Shown: in pieces, positions 9,822 to 19,589 of the stretch
Layout: each line of letters starts with the position of its first letter
Numbering within the stretch: the first letter of the stretch is position 1
Virus record (IMG/VR): IMGVR_UViG_3300021185_003122
Location: 1 to 64,000 of that record
DNA: 64,000 bases
Source: a virus
Strand: one strand, 5' to 3'
Program-made: the position numbers and the translations under genes
Notes under the pieces: model-generated
Seen by the model: only the letters and a program-made list of their open reading frames with translations
Told to the model about the DNA's origin: nothing
Databases searched by the model: none

Positions 9822-11639
9822 TTAAATATTTGTTACTCTACCTTCTATATCAGTATCAGGAAACTTTACTTCGAAAATACTTGGGTCATATGAAGGGTAG
9901 ACTATGTTATCTTTTGTTGCTCCTTTTACATCATAAGCATACTCAGAGTAGTTACCTCCTTGTTTGTTCTCAATAATTACTTTTTTTACTGTCTGTACTC
10001 CTTTTACTCTATCTAGTACTGTAAATAAGGTAGATAGGTTTATAGGTTGGTTGATACTCCAGTTTTCTATTTTAAAGTGATTCTTTAATGCAGTTGTACA
10101 CCCTAGTAGCACATCTCTAGATGAGTAGCTAGGAAGTGTTAATATTTCGAACTTTACACCAATGTTTACTATAAACGCATCTTTTATATCTAAAGCATCA
10201 GTCAGCATCATGTACTGTGATAGGTATGTACTTAAATTATTTTTTAATGTACCGGTAGCATTAATTAACTTACCTGCACTATTGTAAGATAATACATAAA
10301 TTGAAAGTGCTAGTGGATTTTTGTCTAATACACTCCTATCAGAATTATTTGTTAACTCTCTTGTTACAAAAGTTTTAGCTACTGTTCCAAATTGAGGAGG
10401 AAGTGATGCTGCTCTTACAGTAAAATCTTGTAGAGTTACAGCTCTTTTTTGTTCAGAGAATGATCTTAAACTGTTCTGTCTTATTTCTTCAACAGTGTCT
10501 CCGTCTTTACCTCCTGATGCTGCCTCAGGGTTAGTACATGATAAGGTGCTTGAATAGGTTGTATCTGTAGCTGACGGTGTAGATGTAATGGTCGTAATAG
10601 AGTTGGTAGGTACATTTGCCGCAACTCCACCACCTGTAATATACCTTATAGTGAGTGTTGTGTTACTAGGAGACTGACCGTACGTTTTTGTAAATAAAAA
10701 GTTAGAAGGGTCAAAAGATAAATCAAATTTGTTTATTGTATCTGCGTCTCCAAACTTCTTTATATATGTAGGATCAGGTAGAAACTCTTCGTCTCTTGCA
10801 ATTACTACACCTGAGCCGAACTGTAGTTGTAGAACACCTTTAGATGTAAATCTACTTACAAATCTTCTAGGAACACTTTGTAGTTTCATTATACTTGGAA
10901 TAGAACTTTGATCGCTTCCTTCGTTACTCTCTTCCTTAAAAACTGTATCTTGACCTAAAAAAGGAACCTCATACCAAATATTTCCATCACTATCTGTTAC
11001 ATCTAAAACTCTAACAATATCTGTATCCAGTACTTCAATAGTTGAAAATTTTTCAGCTGCTCCGAAATCTTTGCTTGTAGTTTTAATAGTACCCGAGAAT
11101 GCTTTTACTTTCTTAGTTAAGGTATATACTGATGGATTACCGTCTGCTATTTCTGATATCTGTATTGAAGTAGGATCTAAAGAACTACTAAATTTAAAGT
11201 CTACTGTTGAAGAATGAATATAAGTTTGGTTTCCATCGGTTGTAGATGTACTTACTGAGTTGTCACTTAGTTTTAATGCTTGATCAAAATTAGGAGCAAA
11301 AGATGACGAAGTACCTAATGCACTAACTTGTTGAGAGATTTCTAATTCAACCTCTGCAACATTAGTCACTCTTGGTCTATACCCCATCATGTATGCTAAT
11401 GCATATAAGTTAGATGGGTTTTGAGCATGCTGAAGGAAAGATTCTTGAAGTTGAGTGTCTGTATAAAAAGATAAAACGTCTCCTACATAGGAGGCCATTT
11501 CAATAAACATAGCTCCAGGTGATGCTTCGTTAAAGTCGTTGTAGGTGTCGGGAAAGTAGTTTTTAGCAAACTCTACAAGTTGAGTTTTAAAGTCCCCAAA
11601 CTCTCTATTGATATATTTTATGTCTTTTTCGTTAGCCAT
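9822..11639 (-). CDS. Baseplate wedge subunit (T4 gp6 / baseplate J-like)
   Basis: DFNEASPGAMFIEMASYVGDVLSFY, GG.DGDTVEEIR, QKRAVTLQDF motifs. Confidence 0.85.
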   Translation of the reverse strand: MANEKDIKYINREFGDFKTQLVEFAKNYFPDTYNDFNEASPGAMFIEMASYVGDVLSFYTDTQLQESFLQHAQNPSNLYALAYMMGYRPRVTNVAEVELEISQQVSALGTSSSFAPNFDQALKLSDNSVSTSTTDGNQTYIHSSTVDFKFSSSLDPTSIQISEIADGNPSVYTLTKKVKAFSGTIKTTSKDFGAAEKFSTIEVLDTDIVRVLDVTDSDGNIWYEVPFLGQDTVFKEESNEGSDQSSIPSIMKLQSVPRRFVSRFTSKGVLQLQFGSGVVIARDEEFLPDPTYIKKFGDADTINKFDLSFDPSNFLFTKTYGQSPSNTTLTIRYITGGGVAANVPTNSITTITSTPSATDTTYSSTLSCTNPEAASGGKDGDTVEEIRQNSLRSFSEQKRAVTLQDFTVRAASLPPQFGTVAKTFVTRELTNNSDRSVLDKNPLALSIYVLSYNSAGKLINATGTLKNNLSTYLSQYMMLTDALDIKDAFIVNIGVKFEILTLPSYSSRDVLLGCTTALKNHFKIENWSINQPINLSTLFTVLDRVKGVQTVKKVIIENKQGGNYSEYAYDVKGATKDNIVYPSYDPSIFEVKFPDTDIEGRVTNI

Positions 11640-12049
11640 TATTGTTCAAAATTTATTACTACCTCATCGTTTATATTAGTCTGTTTAACTGTATAATTAA
11701 GACTAAACTGAATAACATTTCTATCTGGGTCTGCAGTAGTGTTTATATCAATAGGTTCTATTCTTGGAAAGAATATTTTTAATTCCTGTCTAATAGCTGC
11801 ATCTATTAACCTTAAACTATTAGGTGTAATATTATCAAAAATAAATCTTTTTATTTCTGAACCAAATGTAGGATTAAGATATCTTTCGCCTTTTGCTGTA
11901 AGGAAAAAATCAATCAAATTAGTTTTGATAGCTTCTTTAGAAGTAAAAGTAGATGTAAATACACTATCGCTAGAAAAAGGTAATTTTACTCCTATCGCTT
12001 TTCTAGGTTGTAAATCTAATGGATCTTTTATTTCTACTTTGAATGCCAT
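11639..12049 (-). CDS. Baseplate wedge protein, gp25/GPW-like
   Basis: IKTNL..FFLTAKGERYLNPTFGSEI...F.PRI. Confidence 0.85.
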   Translation of the reverse strand: MAFKVEIKDPLDLQPRKAIGVKLPFSSDSVFTSTFTSKEAIKTNLIDFFLTAKGERYLNPTFGSEIKRFIFDNITPNSLRLIDAAIRQELKIFFPRIEPIDINTTADPDRNVIQFSLNYTVKQTNINDEVVINFEQ

Positions 12050-12052
12050 TTA

Positions 12053-12478
12053 TTAAAGTCCTCCTGATCTGTTTTTATCTTTCTTTACTGCAGCATCTAA
12101 TACTTGTTTAGCTTTTGATACAAAGTCAAGTTTAGATATATCTATTCCAGGCATAGGTCCAGAATTCTCTGTCATTCCCATGTTTGATGCCATAGAGGAT
12201 GCAAAATTAGGTTTCTGAACTCCGCTACCTCCAGATATATGTTTAAAATCTTCTCCGGTCATTTCTGACCTTGTTGCTTGCAACATTTCATCTAATGATG
12301 CGCTTTTACCAACAGACCATTTTTTAGGTTGTCCTTTTTCAACAGTCTGGTATACGTCAATAGGTTTAGTAGGAGTAGAAGCATATTTTACTGCTTCGTT
12401 CATTACTTCTTGTAACTCCTCCTTAACTGCTGCCCTTACTTCTTCTCGTATAATTTTTTTTAATAGTTCGAGTTTCAT
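12053..12478 (-). CDS. Hypothetical phage protein
   Basis: LKKIIREEVR N-terminus typical of large-phage proteins; class II motif directly upstream. Confidence 0.5.
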   Translation of the reverse strand: MKLELLKKIIREEVRAAVKEELQEVMNEAVKYASTPTKPIDVYQTVEKGQPKKWSVGKSASLDEMLQATRSEMTGEDFKHISGGSGVQKPNFASSMASNMGMTENSGPMPGIDISKLDFVSKAKQVLDAAVKKDKNRSGGL

Positions 12479-12481
12479 ATA

Positions 12482-12492
12482 TATAAATAGTT
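12482..12492 (-). promoter_or_regulatory. Class II motif AACTATTTATA (putative late promoter); representative copy
   Basis: Same motif also near 4448, 15209, 18717, 33274, 40113, 42965, 50775, 54785 and 59101, each just upstream of a start codon. Confidence 0.55.
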
Positions 12493-12495
12493 TAG

Positions 12496-13671
12496 TTATG
12501 GAAGTTGATTATCTATTCTAAATTTAATTTCGTCTAATAGTACTTGTGTTGAAGAACTAAAAGATTTTGGACCTCTTAACACCACAATTTCCTCTAAGTT
12601 TTTAGCTACTGCAAAACGCTTTGGAGCTATCGTAGGTGAATCAGGGTCTAGTCTGATTTCTAATTTAAATACTTGTCCAGAAGGTCCTGTATGGAAAAAA
12701 TCTGGGTTAAGCTCGCTATCACCTTCATTAGGTGCAGCAAAAGTATCTAATAAGTCTTTTATTCTATTCTTTATATCTTTATCTAGCTCTGATCCGTCTA
12801 TATTATCTAATAGTTTATTTAATAAGCTTATACTATCATTCTCCTGATCAGTTAACTTTATCCATGGTCCAACTCCTGGTAGTCCATCATCTAAACCTCC
12901 GTCCTTATTTGAAAAGTGATCTTTAGTACAAGACCATCTAAAACCGTTGTATGATATAGTATCATTTACAAAGTACTGTCTTCCGTTAAACCATTTGCCT
13001 TTGTACCTCAAAGCTGAATTATCGTTAGTGTTTCTACTAAGTAGTTTAGGTCCTAGAGTTGAAAATATAAAAGTTTCATCTTCATTTACTATTCCTATCC
13101 TAGTTAACTGTTCCAAAGTAACATTTCCTTCATCTAGTTCTTTTTGTAAAGCTAAATCTGCTTCACAGGATTTAAGAGCATTATTTGATCTCTGCAAGTT
13201 ACGGGTTATCCCCTCCATCGTAATAGCAGGAGTTTCTAATATAATAGTTATAGCTTCTATATCATCACTTATCTGCTTTATAAACTCTTTAACAAGGTGC
13301 ATTATATCTGCAAACTTAGTAGTAACGTTAACAGGTATACCGAACCCAGGAGGAACAGATTGAGGGATAGGTAAAGATAGTATAATTTTAAGTGCTCTTT
13401 TTAATCCCTTAACTGGTCTTTTTAATTTTCTAGGTAACCTTTTTATCCTTGATAGTCTTTTATCAATGCTAGCTAGTTTGTTATCTAAACTATCTTTTTT
13501 AGATCTTAACCTTTTTAACTCTTTTTCAGATGGACACCCTTCTCTATTTAGTAAGTTAGTAATCTCTGTTGCTCTGTCCAAAGCATGAGATGTAACTTTA
13601 CCTTGAAGTTTACCCACTAATCTTGCGATAGTGCCTGATAGTTTGCTTTCTGGGATATTTACGTAAGGCAT
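12496..13671 (-). CDS. Coiled-coil protein with small carbohydrate-binding-like insert
   Basis: W..G..Y.VND.ISYNG..WSC...H...PG.GPW resembles a CBM5/12-like module. Confidence 0.4.
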   Translation of the reverse strand: MPYVNIPESKLSGTIARLVGKLQGKVTSHALDRATEITNLLNREGCPSEKELKRLRSKKDSLDNKLASIDKRLSRIKRLPRKLKRPVKGLKRALKIILSLPIPQSVPPGFGIPVNVTTKFADIMHLVKEFIKQISDDIEAITIILETPAITMEGITRNLQRSNNALKSCEADLALQKELDEGNVTLEQLTRIGIVNEDETFIFSTLGPKLLSRNTNDNSALRYKGKWFNGRQYFVNDTISYNGFRWSCTKDHFSNKDGGLDDGLPGVGPWIKLTDQENDSISLLNKLLDNIDGSELDKDIKNRIKDLLDTFAAPNEGDSELNPDFFHTGPSGQVFKLEIRLDPDSPTIAPKRFAVAKNLEEIVVLRGPKSFSSSTQVLLDEIKFRIDNQLP

Positions 13672-14834
13672 TATTCAGTGTATACTTTTCTTGATAAATT
13701 TAGTTTTAACTTCTGTCTCAATACTTTTAAAGTAGGAAATATAGCTGCTGATGATGCTATTATTTTTGCTACTGCTGCAGGTGGTGCTGGTGGGAGTGTT
13801 GCTAAAGTCTTAACTAATGATTCAAATTGAGATAAATGATCATCAAGCCAGTCTATAGTAGTTTGCCCCAGTAGGACAGGTTCGTCTTCTTTGAATCCCA
13901 TTTCTCCTAAATATATTCTTTTAGCATCTAGACCTACGTATTTATCTGCATCTATTCCTACTTCTGCGGCATTGATTCCTATCTGTTCTTTAGCTGATAT
14001 AAGTAAGCTTTCGTCTTTTGCGTTAAAAATTAATCGACCAGAGTTTATTATTACTTGATTACCTTTGAATTGATCAGCATCTTTTGGTTCGCTTTCTAAA
14101 GCTTTTCGTCTTGTGTTAGCTATATCGAGTTCTATAGTATGATCTGAGGTTAAATAGATTGATGAAGGATCTTCATTTATATCTTCAAGTACTGTATCTA
14201 ATCCATCTTTCGTTTCAACTTGGCCATTTCTTAATATAGTAAAAGGTTTACCGTTATTAGAACCATCAGATATTTCATTAGATTCAAACTTTGTTCCTCC
14301 TAACCTTATAGAACTGCCATATCTGCTCTCAATCAATACATCTCCAGGAAACATTTGTAAATTATTTACTGCTGCCTGCTCTTCAAAGTCTTTTCCTAAA
14401 TCTGCACTTCCTTCTCCATCTTGTTGAGTATCTGGGTATGCATTATGATGGGTGTGGTTCCATAATGGTAGAATATCGATCCAGTAAATTTTATTAGAAG
14501 TAGCCCCAAAGTCTCTGTAATCCGATGAAGGTCCTGTTATAATAAGGACCATTTCATTTATAAGAGGTAGTCTTTTTATAAACGTTGTACCGCAGTAAGC
14601 AAATTTTTTGACTGCATCATCTGACTGATCAGATGCTGTATCGGCTTCTACATATTCTACACCGTAAAGTGCTTGACTTTTACCCTTCTCATCAAATAGT
14701 GGATGAAAAGCATCAACGACAACGTCGGTAACTCTCCCAAAAGTTATTGGAGATTGAGCACCAGATGTTTTAGTCCCTGCTTGACTACTTCTAGATGTTG
14801 AAAGTCTTGAACCTAAATTATAGTTCGTTGCCAT
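13671..14834 (-). CDS. Baseplate hub/spike protein (gp5/Vgr-like)
   Basis: N-terminal OB-like region (LPLINEMV), GDVLIESRYGSSIRLG, beta-repeat region, EPVLLG near C-terminus. Confidence 0.6.
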   Translation of the reverse strand: MATNYNLGSRLSTSRSSQAGTKTSGAQSPITFGRVTDVVVDAFHPLFDEKGKSQALYGVEYVEADTASDQSDDAVKKFAYCGTTFIKRLPLINEMVLIITGPSSDYRDFGATSNKIYWIDILPLWNHTHHNAYPDTQQDGEGSADLGKDFEEQAAVNNLQMFPGDVLIESRYGSSIRLGGTKFESNEISDGSNNGKPFTILRNGQVETKDGLDTVLEDINEDPSSIYLTSDHTIELDIANTRRKALESEPKDADQFKGNQVIINSGRLIFNAKDESLLISAKEQIGINAAEVGIDADKYVGLDAKRIYLGEMGFKEDEPVLLGQTTIDWLDDHLSQFESLVKTLATLPPAPPAAVAKIIASSAAIFPTLKVLRQKLKLNLSRKVYTE

Positions 14835-15195
14835 CTTCTTCTGTTTGCTCTGTTTCTTTGCTTTCTAGCTCTTTATCTAATTCTTCTTGTTCCTCTAAAA
14901 GATCCTGAAGGTCTGAGAAATCAAACTCTCCTCCATCTCCTTTAGCTTGTGCTATCTCTATACGTTGTATTACCGTCGCTAACTTAATTAAATGTTCATC
15001 ATTTTTTACACCTATCTCCATATACTCTTTAATCATAGGTACAATAAGAGTTGCGTCGCCAATATTCTCAATTAAAGGTTTAAGTTCTCCTATAAGAGCT
15101 TTTACTTGACCTTTTGTTTCTTTTGAGTTGTCGTAAATTTCACCGAAAAGATCAGATAATGTTTTTCCTAAAAATATTTCTTTATCTAAACTCAT
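14818..15195 (-). CDS. Hypothetical phage protein
   Basis: Helical ORF with acidic tail; class II motif upstream. Confidence 0.5.
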   Translation of the reverse strand: MSLDKEIFLGKTLSDLFGEIYDNSKETKGQVKALIGELKPLIENIGDATLIVPMIKEYMEIGVKNDEHLIKLATVIQRIEIAQAKGDGGEFDFSDLQDLLEEQEELDKELESKETEQTEEDGNEL

Positions 15196-15218
15196 AATAA
15201 TAGTTTATTATAAATAGA

Positions 15219-15923
15219 CTAAAGGAATTCTTTTGTTAAGTATCCGTTATCATAGTAGAATTGATACTTCTCTTTAAAGTTTTCTTTGAGTTTAGTAACT
15301 ACTCTTGTTAATTGAGGAGTTTCACAATCTGTCATTTCTCTTATGTATATGTAAAGAGCTTTCTTTTTAAATATTTCAAGATCATGTCTTGTCTTAAAAA
15401 TAGTGAGTGTAGCGTCAGCTATTTTTCTTTCTGATTCTTTTATGAATATTTCATCTAACACTTCGTAAACCTCTTCTACCCAGTTATCAATAAATTTACT
15501 AAGGGGTATTCCTGATGAACTATCTAAATTTAAAGATTCTTCATATGATTCTTCTATGTCTGAGAAAGAACCTATCTGTTTAAGCTTCTTATAATTTTTA
15601 TTATTGTAGTTTATCAACCAGCGTTTAACGATAGTACCAAAATAAGAATATGCTTTTGCACCATTAGTAGGGTCAAACTTCATTATCTTTTCTTCTAATA
15701 GAACTGATACTAGTTCGTGTTTTAAATCTTCTATCTGTTCAACATCTGTATAATAAAACTTAAAAGTATGTATTATATTTTCTGCTAGTTTATAAAAGGG
15801 GAGGTAAATATGATCAGTGAATACTTTATTTCTGTACTCCTGATCTGTAGATGTGTTATATTTTACTATATACTCTTCTGTCTCTTTTGTAAAGTAATTA
15901 GCTTTCGCTCTCTTTCTTGCCAT
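15219..15923 (-). CDS. Phage sigma factor, T4 gp55-like (late transcription)
   Basis: NYFT..., KLAENI...F.., KFDP.NGAKAYSYFGTIVKRW resembles gp55/sigma region 2. Confidence 0.7.
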   Translation of the reverse strand: MARKRAKANYFTKETEEYIVKYNTSTDQEYRNKVFTDHIYLPFYKLAENIIHTFKFYYTDVEQIEDLKHELVSVLLEEKIMKFDPTNGAKAYSYFGTIVKRWLINYNNKNYKKLKQIGSFSDIEESYEESLNLDSSSGIPLSKFIDNWVEEVYEVLDEIFIKESERKIADATLTIFKTRHDLEIFKKKALYIYIREMTDCETPQLTRVVTKLKENFKEKYQFYYDNGYLTKEFL

Positions 15924-16218
15924 AATTTTCGGGGAGCATGTATCGGTTTAGCTCATCTTGTACGTATTTCATTTGTTCAAAAAAATAACCGACCTCATCA
16001 TCCGATTGAAAAACCCCTTTTTCATCAAGACTTTTTAGGTGCTTTTGACCTTCTCCTACCGCTGTAGATATATTCTGTAGATACTGTGTCTGGTCTCTTA
16101 CAACATCCTCATACTTTTCGTTTTTCAACAGTAGGTTACGAATAATATAAAGTAATAAAATTAAAAAGGCAACTAATACACCAACTATTATGTTATAAAG
16201 TGTGAAAATATCTGACAT
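15898..16218 (-). CDS. Membrane-anchored hypothetical protein
   Basis: N-terminal hydrophobic helix followed by coiled coil. Confidence 0.5.
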   Translation of the reverse strand: MSDIFTLYNIIVGVLVAFLILLLYIIRNLLLKNEKYEDVVRDQTQYLQNISTAVGEGQKHLKSLDEKGVFQSDDEVGYFFEQMKYVQDELNRYMLPENYGKKESES

Positions 16219-16220
16219 TA

Positions 16221-16955
16221 TTATAAATTTTTAAGCATTTTACTAAGGCCTTCTGAAGAGTTTACTCTTTTCCCTGTAGATGCTGCTGTTTTTTTAGCTT
16301 TAGGTGTAGAGCTTCCTCCGTTTCTTTTCCACATATCGTATTCAACTTTAGAGGCTAAGAAGTCTGCACTGTGGAGTACTGATATGATAGATGTTTTTTG
16401 CCTAGACGTTTCAACATGACTGAAGAAGTAAGCTTCGTTTGCTTTATCAAATACTCCATCATGACATCTTATAGCTAAAAATTCTTTTTGACTAACCTTG
16501 ATACCGAATTTCTGTAAAATAAATAAAGAACGGTCTGGGATTAACATAAAATCTAAATCTGGATTAAATGTATACATCTCTGATAGCTTATCTTGTCTCC
16601 ATTTATCAGTCTGAGGTATATAGTTTGGTTGTTCACCGTCTCCGAGTTTACCTAGATCGTGAAATAATGCGGCAAATACAAGCTCTTCTACGGTGTAATC
16701 TATTGTTCCACCCATCTCTTGATATAACCTAGATTGTTTTACCGCATATTCCACTACTCTATTGACATGATCGACATAACCTCCTGCAAAAGCACTATGA
16801 TACCAAGACTTACCACTAGCAGGAGCCATTACGTAAATTTCTTCCATATGAGACATCATATCTTTAATGGAATCTTTACGGTCACCTATGTAAGTGTCCA
16901 CAATCTTAAGATGTTTTTCGTAGTTTTTTTGTATTTGTTCTGCCGATAATGACAT
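16221..16955 (-). CDS. HD-domain metal-dependent phosphohydrolase
   Basis: H..F.GGYVDHV, ALFHDLGKLG, AIRCHDG, LHSAD motifs. Confidence 0.85.
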   Translation of the reverse strand: MSLSAEQIQKNYEKHLKIVDTYIGDRKDSIKDMMSHMEEIYVMAPASGKSWYHSAFAGGYVDHVNRVVEYAVKQSRLYQEMGGTIDYTVEELVFAALFHDLGKLGDGEQPNYIPQTDKWRQDKLSEMYTFNPDLDFMLIPDRSLFILQKFGIKVSQKEFLAIRCHDGVFDKANEAYFFSHVETSRQKTSIISVLHSADFLASKVEYDMWKRNGGSSTPKAKKTAASTGKRVNSSEGLSKMLKNL

Positions 16956-17042
16956 ATTAGATTAATTTTATAGTTTATATTATATACTTTTATATTTATC
17001 TATATATATTTATATACTTATATATATATTTTTAATATATAA

Positions 17043-17076
17043 ATTAAGATAATGATTTTTTTTCAAAGAATCAACT
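17043..17076 (-). promoter_or_regulatory. Class I (host-sigma-type, putative early) promoter
   Basis: AGTTG...CATTATCTTAA upstream of HD gene. Confidence 0.5.
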
Positions 17077-17674
17077 ATTCTACAATAAATTTTGCAAAAA
17101 TCTCTCTTCCTTTAGTTTCCATACCTGCTTCCCACCAAACTGTAGCTTTAATTTGTATAGTATCACCTTTCATTTCGGGAGGAAATGGTCCTAAAATACG
17201 TTTTCCTGATACTCTTGCTTCGGAATACTTAGATAAAAGAATTCTATCTGACTGAACTATAGGAAGTTCATCATTTTGAAACTCCCATGTAGTGTCTGTA
17301 TCAAAAGTAGCTTGGACGACCGGGGATCCATTGTACCAATAGTCTTCGTTAGTAGTAGCAGCATCAACCAGTATACTAAACCTAGGGTAATACTGTCCGT
17401 TCCAATTTAAACTAACATGGTAAAAGCCATTTTCATCTTGTTTTTGTGAAAATACTAAAGAAGCACTACAATCTCCCGAATAACAAGTAGGAGCAGTAGT
17501 AAATTCTTCCTTAGAACAAGAAGTAAGCATAAATGATATAAGAAGTAGTAAAAGAAAGAACAAACTAACATTAGTTACCTCACCATCTTCTTTATATGCT
17601 CTAAAAATACTGATAGTTACTAGAACTACTGGGAAAAATATCGCAAAAGCGAGTAAAAAGTGTAATAAATACAT
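17075..17674 (-). CDS. Putative lipoprotein/membrane protein
   Basis: Two hydrophobic segments then a lipobox-like LTSC. Confidence 0.5.
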   Translation of the reverse strand: MYLLHFLLAFAIFFPVVLVTISIFRAYKEDGEVTNVSLFFLLLLLISFMLTSCSKEEFTTAPTCYSGDCSASLVFSQKQDENGFYHVSLNWNGQYYPRFSILVDAATTNEDYWYNGSPVVQATFDTDTTWEFQNDELPIVQSDRILLSKYSEARVSGKRILGPFPPEMKGDTIQIKATVWWEAGMETKGREIFAKFIVE

Positions 17675-17690
17675 AACCTTAATTTTTATA

Positions 17691-17725
17691 CTTAAATATA
17701 AGAAAAATAACTCAGTCAGGCAACT
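17691..17725 (-). promoter_or_regulatory. Class I promoter
   Basis: AGTTG-N-TTCTTATATTTA, then AAAAATTAAGGTTATG. Confidence 0.65.
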
Positions 17726-17728
17726 ATT

Positions 17729-18169
17729 TTAGTACCTTTCTTCGTTTATTTTTTGTACAGCAGCAATAGCTTGAGTAGGATGCATGTAAAACCCCTCTCT
17801 ATTCTTACTTACTCTAAATTCTTTAAGGTATTCATGAGTTTTTTTCTCTAAATCATGTGCTTCGGTACATTCTACTGACCATTCTAGGTTCCATTTTTCA
17901 ATTACACCTGTAGCAGAGTTAATTTCCTTAATCCTCTGCTGTGGAGACGTAGTAGTAAAACCTATTTTAACTATTCCTGGCATAGATGGGTTAGTAAGTA
18001 CGTAAACAAACTCTCCCCAAGTAGAAGAATATTCATCTAAACGTTCATTCATACCATTTAACCTCCATTGACAGTCATCTGCCATGGTAAGGTTACCTCT
18101 TTCAAGATAAACCTCTTTTCTTGTTCGCATTTCTGCTATTTCTGCCTTTAGCTCCGATATTAGACTCAT
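17729..18169 (-). CDS. GIY-YIG / T5orf172-family protein
   Basis: FVYVLTNPSMPGIVKIGFTT..PQQRIKEI...LEKKTH...NREGF. Confidence 0.85.
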   Translation of the reverse strand: MSLISELKAEIAEMRTRKEVYLERGNLTMADDCQWRLNGMNERLDEYSSTWGEFVYVLTNPSMPGIVKIGFTTTSPQQRIKEINSATGVIEKWNLEWSVECTEAHDLEKKTHEYLKEFRVSKNREGFYMHPTQAIAAVQKINEERY

Positions 18170-18187
18170 AACCTTAATTTTTATACT

Positions 18188-18221
18188 ATAAATATACGAA
18201 TAATATCTCGGGGAGGCAAAG
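18188..18221 (-). promoter_or_regulatory. Class I promoter
   Basis: TTTG-N-TTCGTATATTTA, then AAAAATTAAGGTTATG. Confidence 0.65.
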
Positions 18222-18280
18222 GTTTTTTATTAAAAGCGTTAGCTCGCCGCGCGAAACGCGCAAGCAGCACCGCGATTTTA

Positions 18281-18712
18281 CTATATAATAGTCTTAAAAC
18301 TTCTTTTAGAAAGTAAATCTATGTATCTCTTTATAACAGCACACTTCTCATACTCTTCAAGTTTCTCATAATAGACTCTTAAGTGATCTAAACAGTAATC
18401 AACATCCTTCCTATCGAAAGACTCTCCTACCTTGTATATACTATCGAAGTTTGTAGAATTAATTCGTGTTAGATAAGAGTATAGCTTATTGTAGTATTTG
18501 TACTTAGTAAGGTTTCTTATCTTCTTATAGGGACCTGGATACTGCTTTAGGTACATCATATCCATCATCTGGTAGTTCTCTATGCCTCTGAGTACCATAC
18601 CCATAAGAACAAAAGGGTTATTGAGGGCATCCTCCATGCCGTGTTCCTTGTAGACTTGCTCGTCACCTTGCTCAAATATACTAAATAGAGTATTAGGGTC
18701 TATTGATTGCAT
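18281..18712 (-). CDS. Hypothetical protein with C-terminal UVR-like motif
   Basis: EEYEKCAVIKRYI. Confidence 0.5.
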   Translation of the reverse strand: MQSIDPNTLFSIFEQGDEQVYKEHGMEDALNNPFVLMGMVLRGIENYQMMDMMYLKQYPGPYKKIRNLTKYKYYNKLYSYLTRINSTNFDSIYKVGESFDRKDVDYCLDHLRVYYEKLEEYEKCAVIKRYIDLLSKRSFKTII

Positions 18713-18771
18713 GATAATAAATAGGTGTTTCTATATAGCGAAATTTTTTCTCGGAAATTTTCCCGGTATTT

Positions 18772-18802
18772 CTTGTCTATTATACGAAAAGTTCTTATAT
18801 TA
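18772..18802 (+). promoter_or_regulatory. Class I-like promoter for the + strand mini-operon
   Basis: CTTG-N-TTCTTATATTA just before ATG 18810. Confidence 0.45.
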
Positions 18803-18809
18803 TTAATAT

Positions 18810-18971
18810 ATGATAAAGTTAGACGTAAACATAGGGGATACAATCCTAATGGGTAAGTTTAAAAATAAACGAGTTAAAATAAAAACTATAGAGTACGATG
18901 AGTTTGGTATGCCTCTCATCAATGGCAAACCTGGTTGTACTTTTAGAATGGTTCCTAATCCAAGAAAATGA
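18810..18971 (+). CDS. Small hypothetical protein (53 aa)
   Basis: Not in ORF track: MIKLDVNIGDTILMGKFKNKRVKIKTIEYDEFGMPLINGKPGCTFRMVPNPRK; ATGA overlap with next gene. Confidence 0.7.
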   Translation: MIKLDVNIGDTILMGKFKNKRVKIKTIEYDEFGMPLINGKPGCTFRMVPNPRK

Positions 18972-19156
18972 GTCAAAGTTTTATTATTAGTGCTACTGTA
19001 TTTGTTATCATAATGGTGATCTTCCACATCGTTAAAGATATCTTTCTCTCTACTTACCTTAGCTCTAGTATGCGCACCAGAGTTAACAGAAGGTGGCTTA
19101 TAAGTACGGCAATAGGTTTAGTTATACTATATCTTGTATACGGTACTAACTACTAA
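18968..19156 (+). CDS. Small two-TM membrane protein
   Basis: Two hydrophobic helices; coupled to the upstream ORF. Confidence 0.6.
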   Translation: MSQSFIISATVFVIIMVIFHIVKDIFLSTYLSSSMRTRVNRRWLISTAIGLVILYLVYGTNY

Positions 19157-19159
19157 TAT

Positions 19160-19393
19160 ATGAAGAAGCTAATAGAATATATCTTTATAGGTCTTCTTAT
19201 TATGTTATTTATCTTTGCAGCCTCATGTACTGATGATAATCTAATATGTTCTAAAGGAGAAGTAAATAATGGTGTTGTATGTGCAGAGATATATCAACCT
19301 ATAAGAGCACCCGATGGTACTATATACTCTAATTCATGCTATGCAGAAGCAGATGGATGGGATAATAGCTGTTTAATATTAATCAATATATAA
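19160..19393 (+). CDS. Lipoprotein with Kazal-type protease-inhibitor-like domain
   Basis: Signal peptide with AASC lipobox; CAEIYQPIRAPDGTIYSNSCYA matches Kazal CxxxYxPVCGxDGxTYxNxC. Confidence 0.7.
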   Translation: MKKLIEYIFIGLLIMLFIFAASCTDDNLICSKGEVNNGVVCAEIYQPIRAPDGTIYSNSCYAEADGWDNSCLILINI

Positions 19394-19547
19394 ATATATA
19401 CATATATATAACCTATATCACTAAAAATCATAAGCTAGAGGAAAATGAGACAAGCTCACCCGAGCTCCTTACGAGCCCTTTAGGGAACAATACCGGCACT
19501 GTTATATCAATGTGACGTCAATATTACAGCAACCGGCTATCATCCCA

Positions 19548-19580
19548 GACGGAAGTATGAAAACCGTCCTATGTTTTTTT
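19548..19580 (+). terminator. Possible intrinsic terminator of the + strand operon
   Basis: GACGG...CCGTC stem followed by CTATG and T7. Confidence 0.35.
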
Positions 19581-19589
19581 CTGGTGAGG

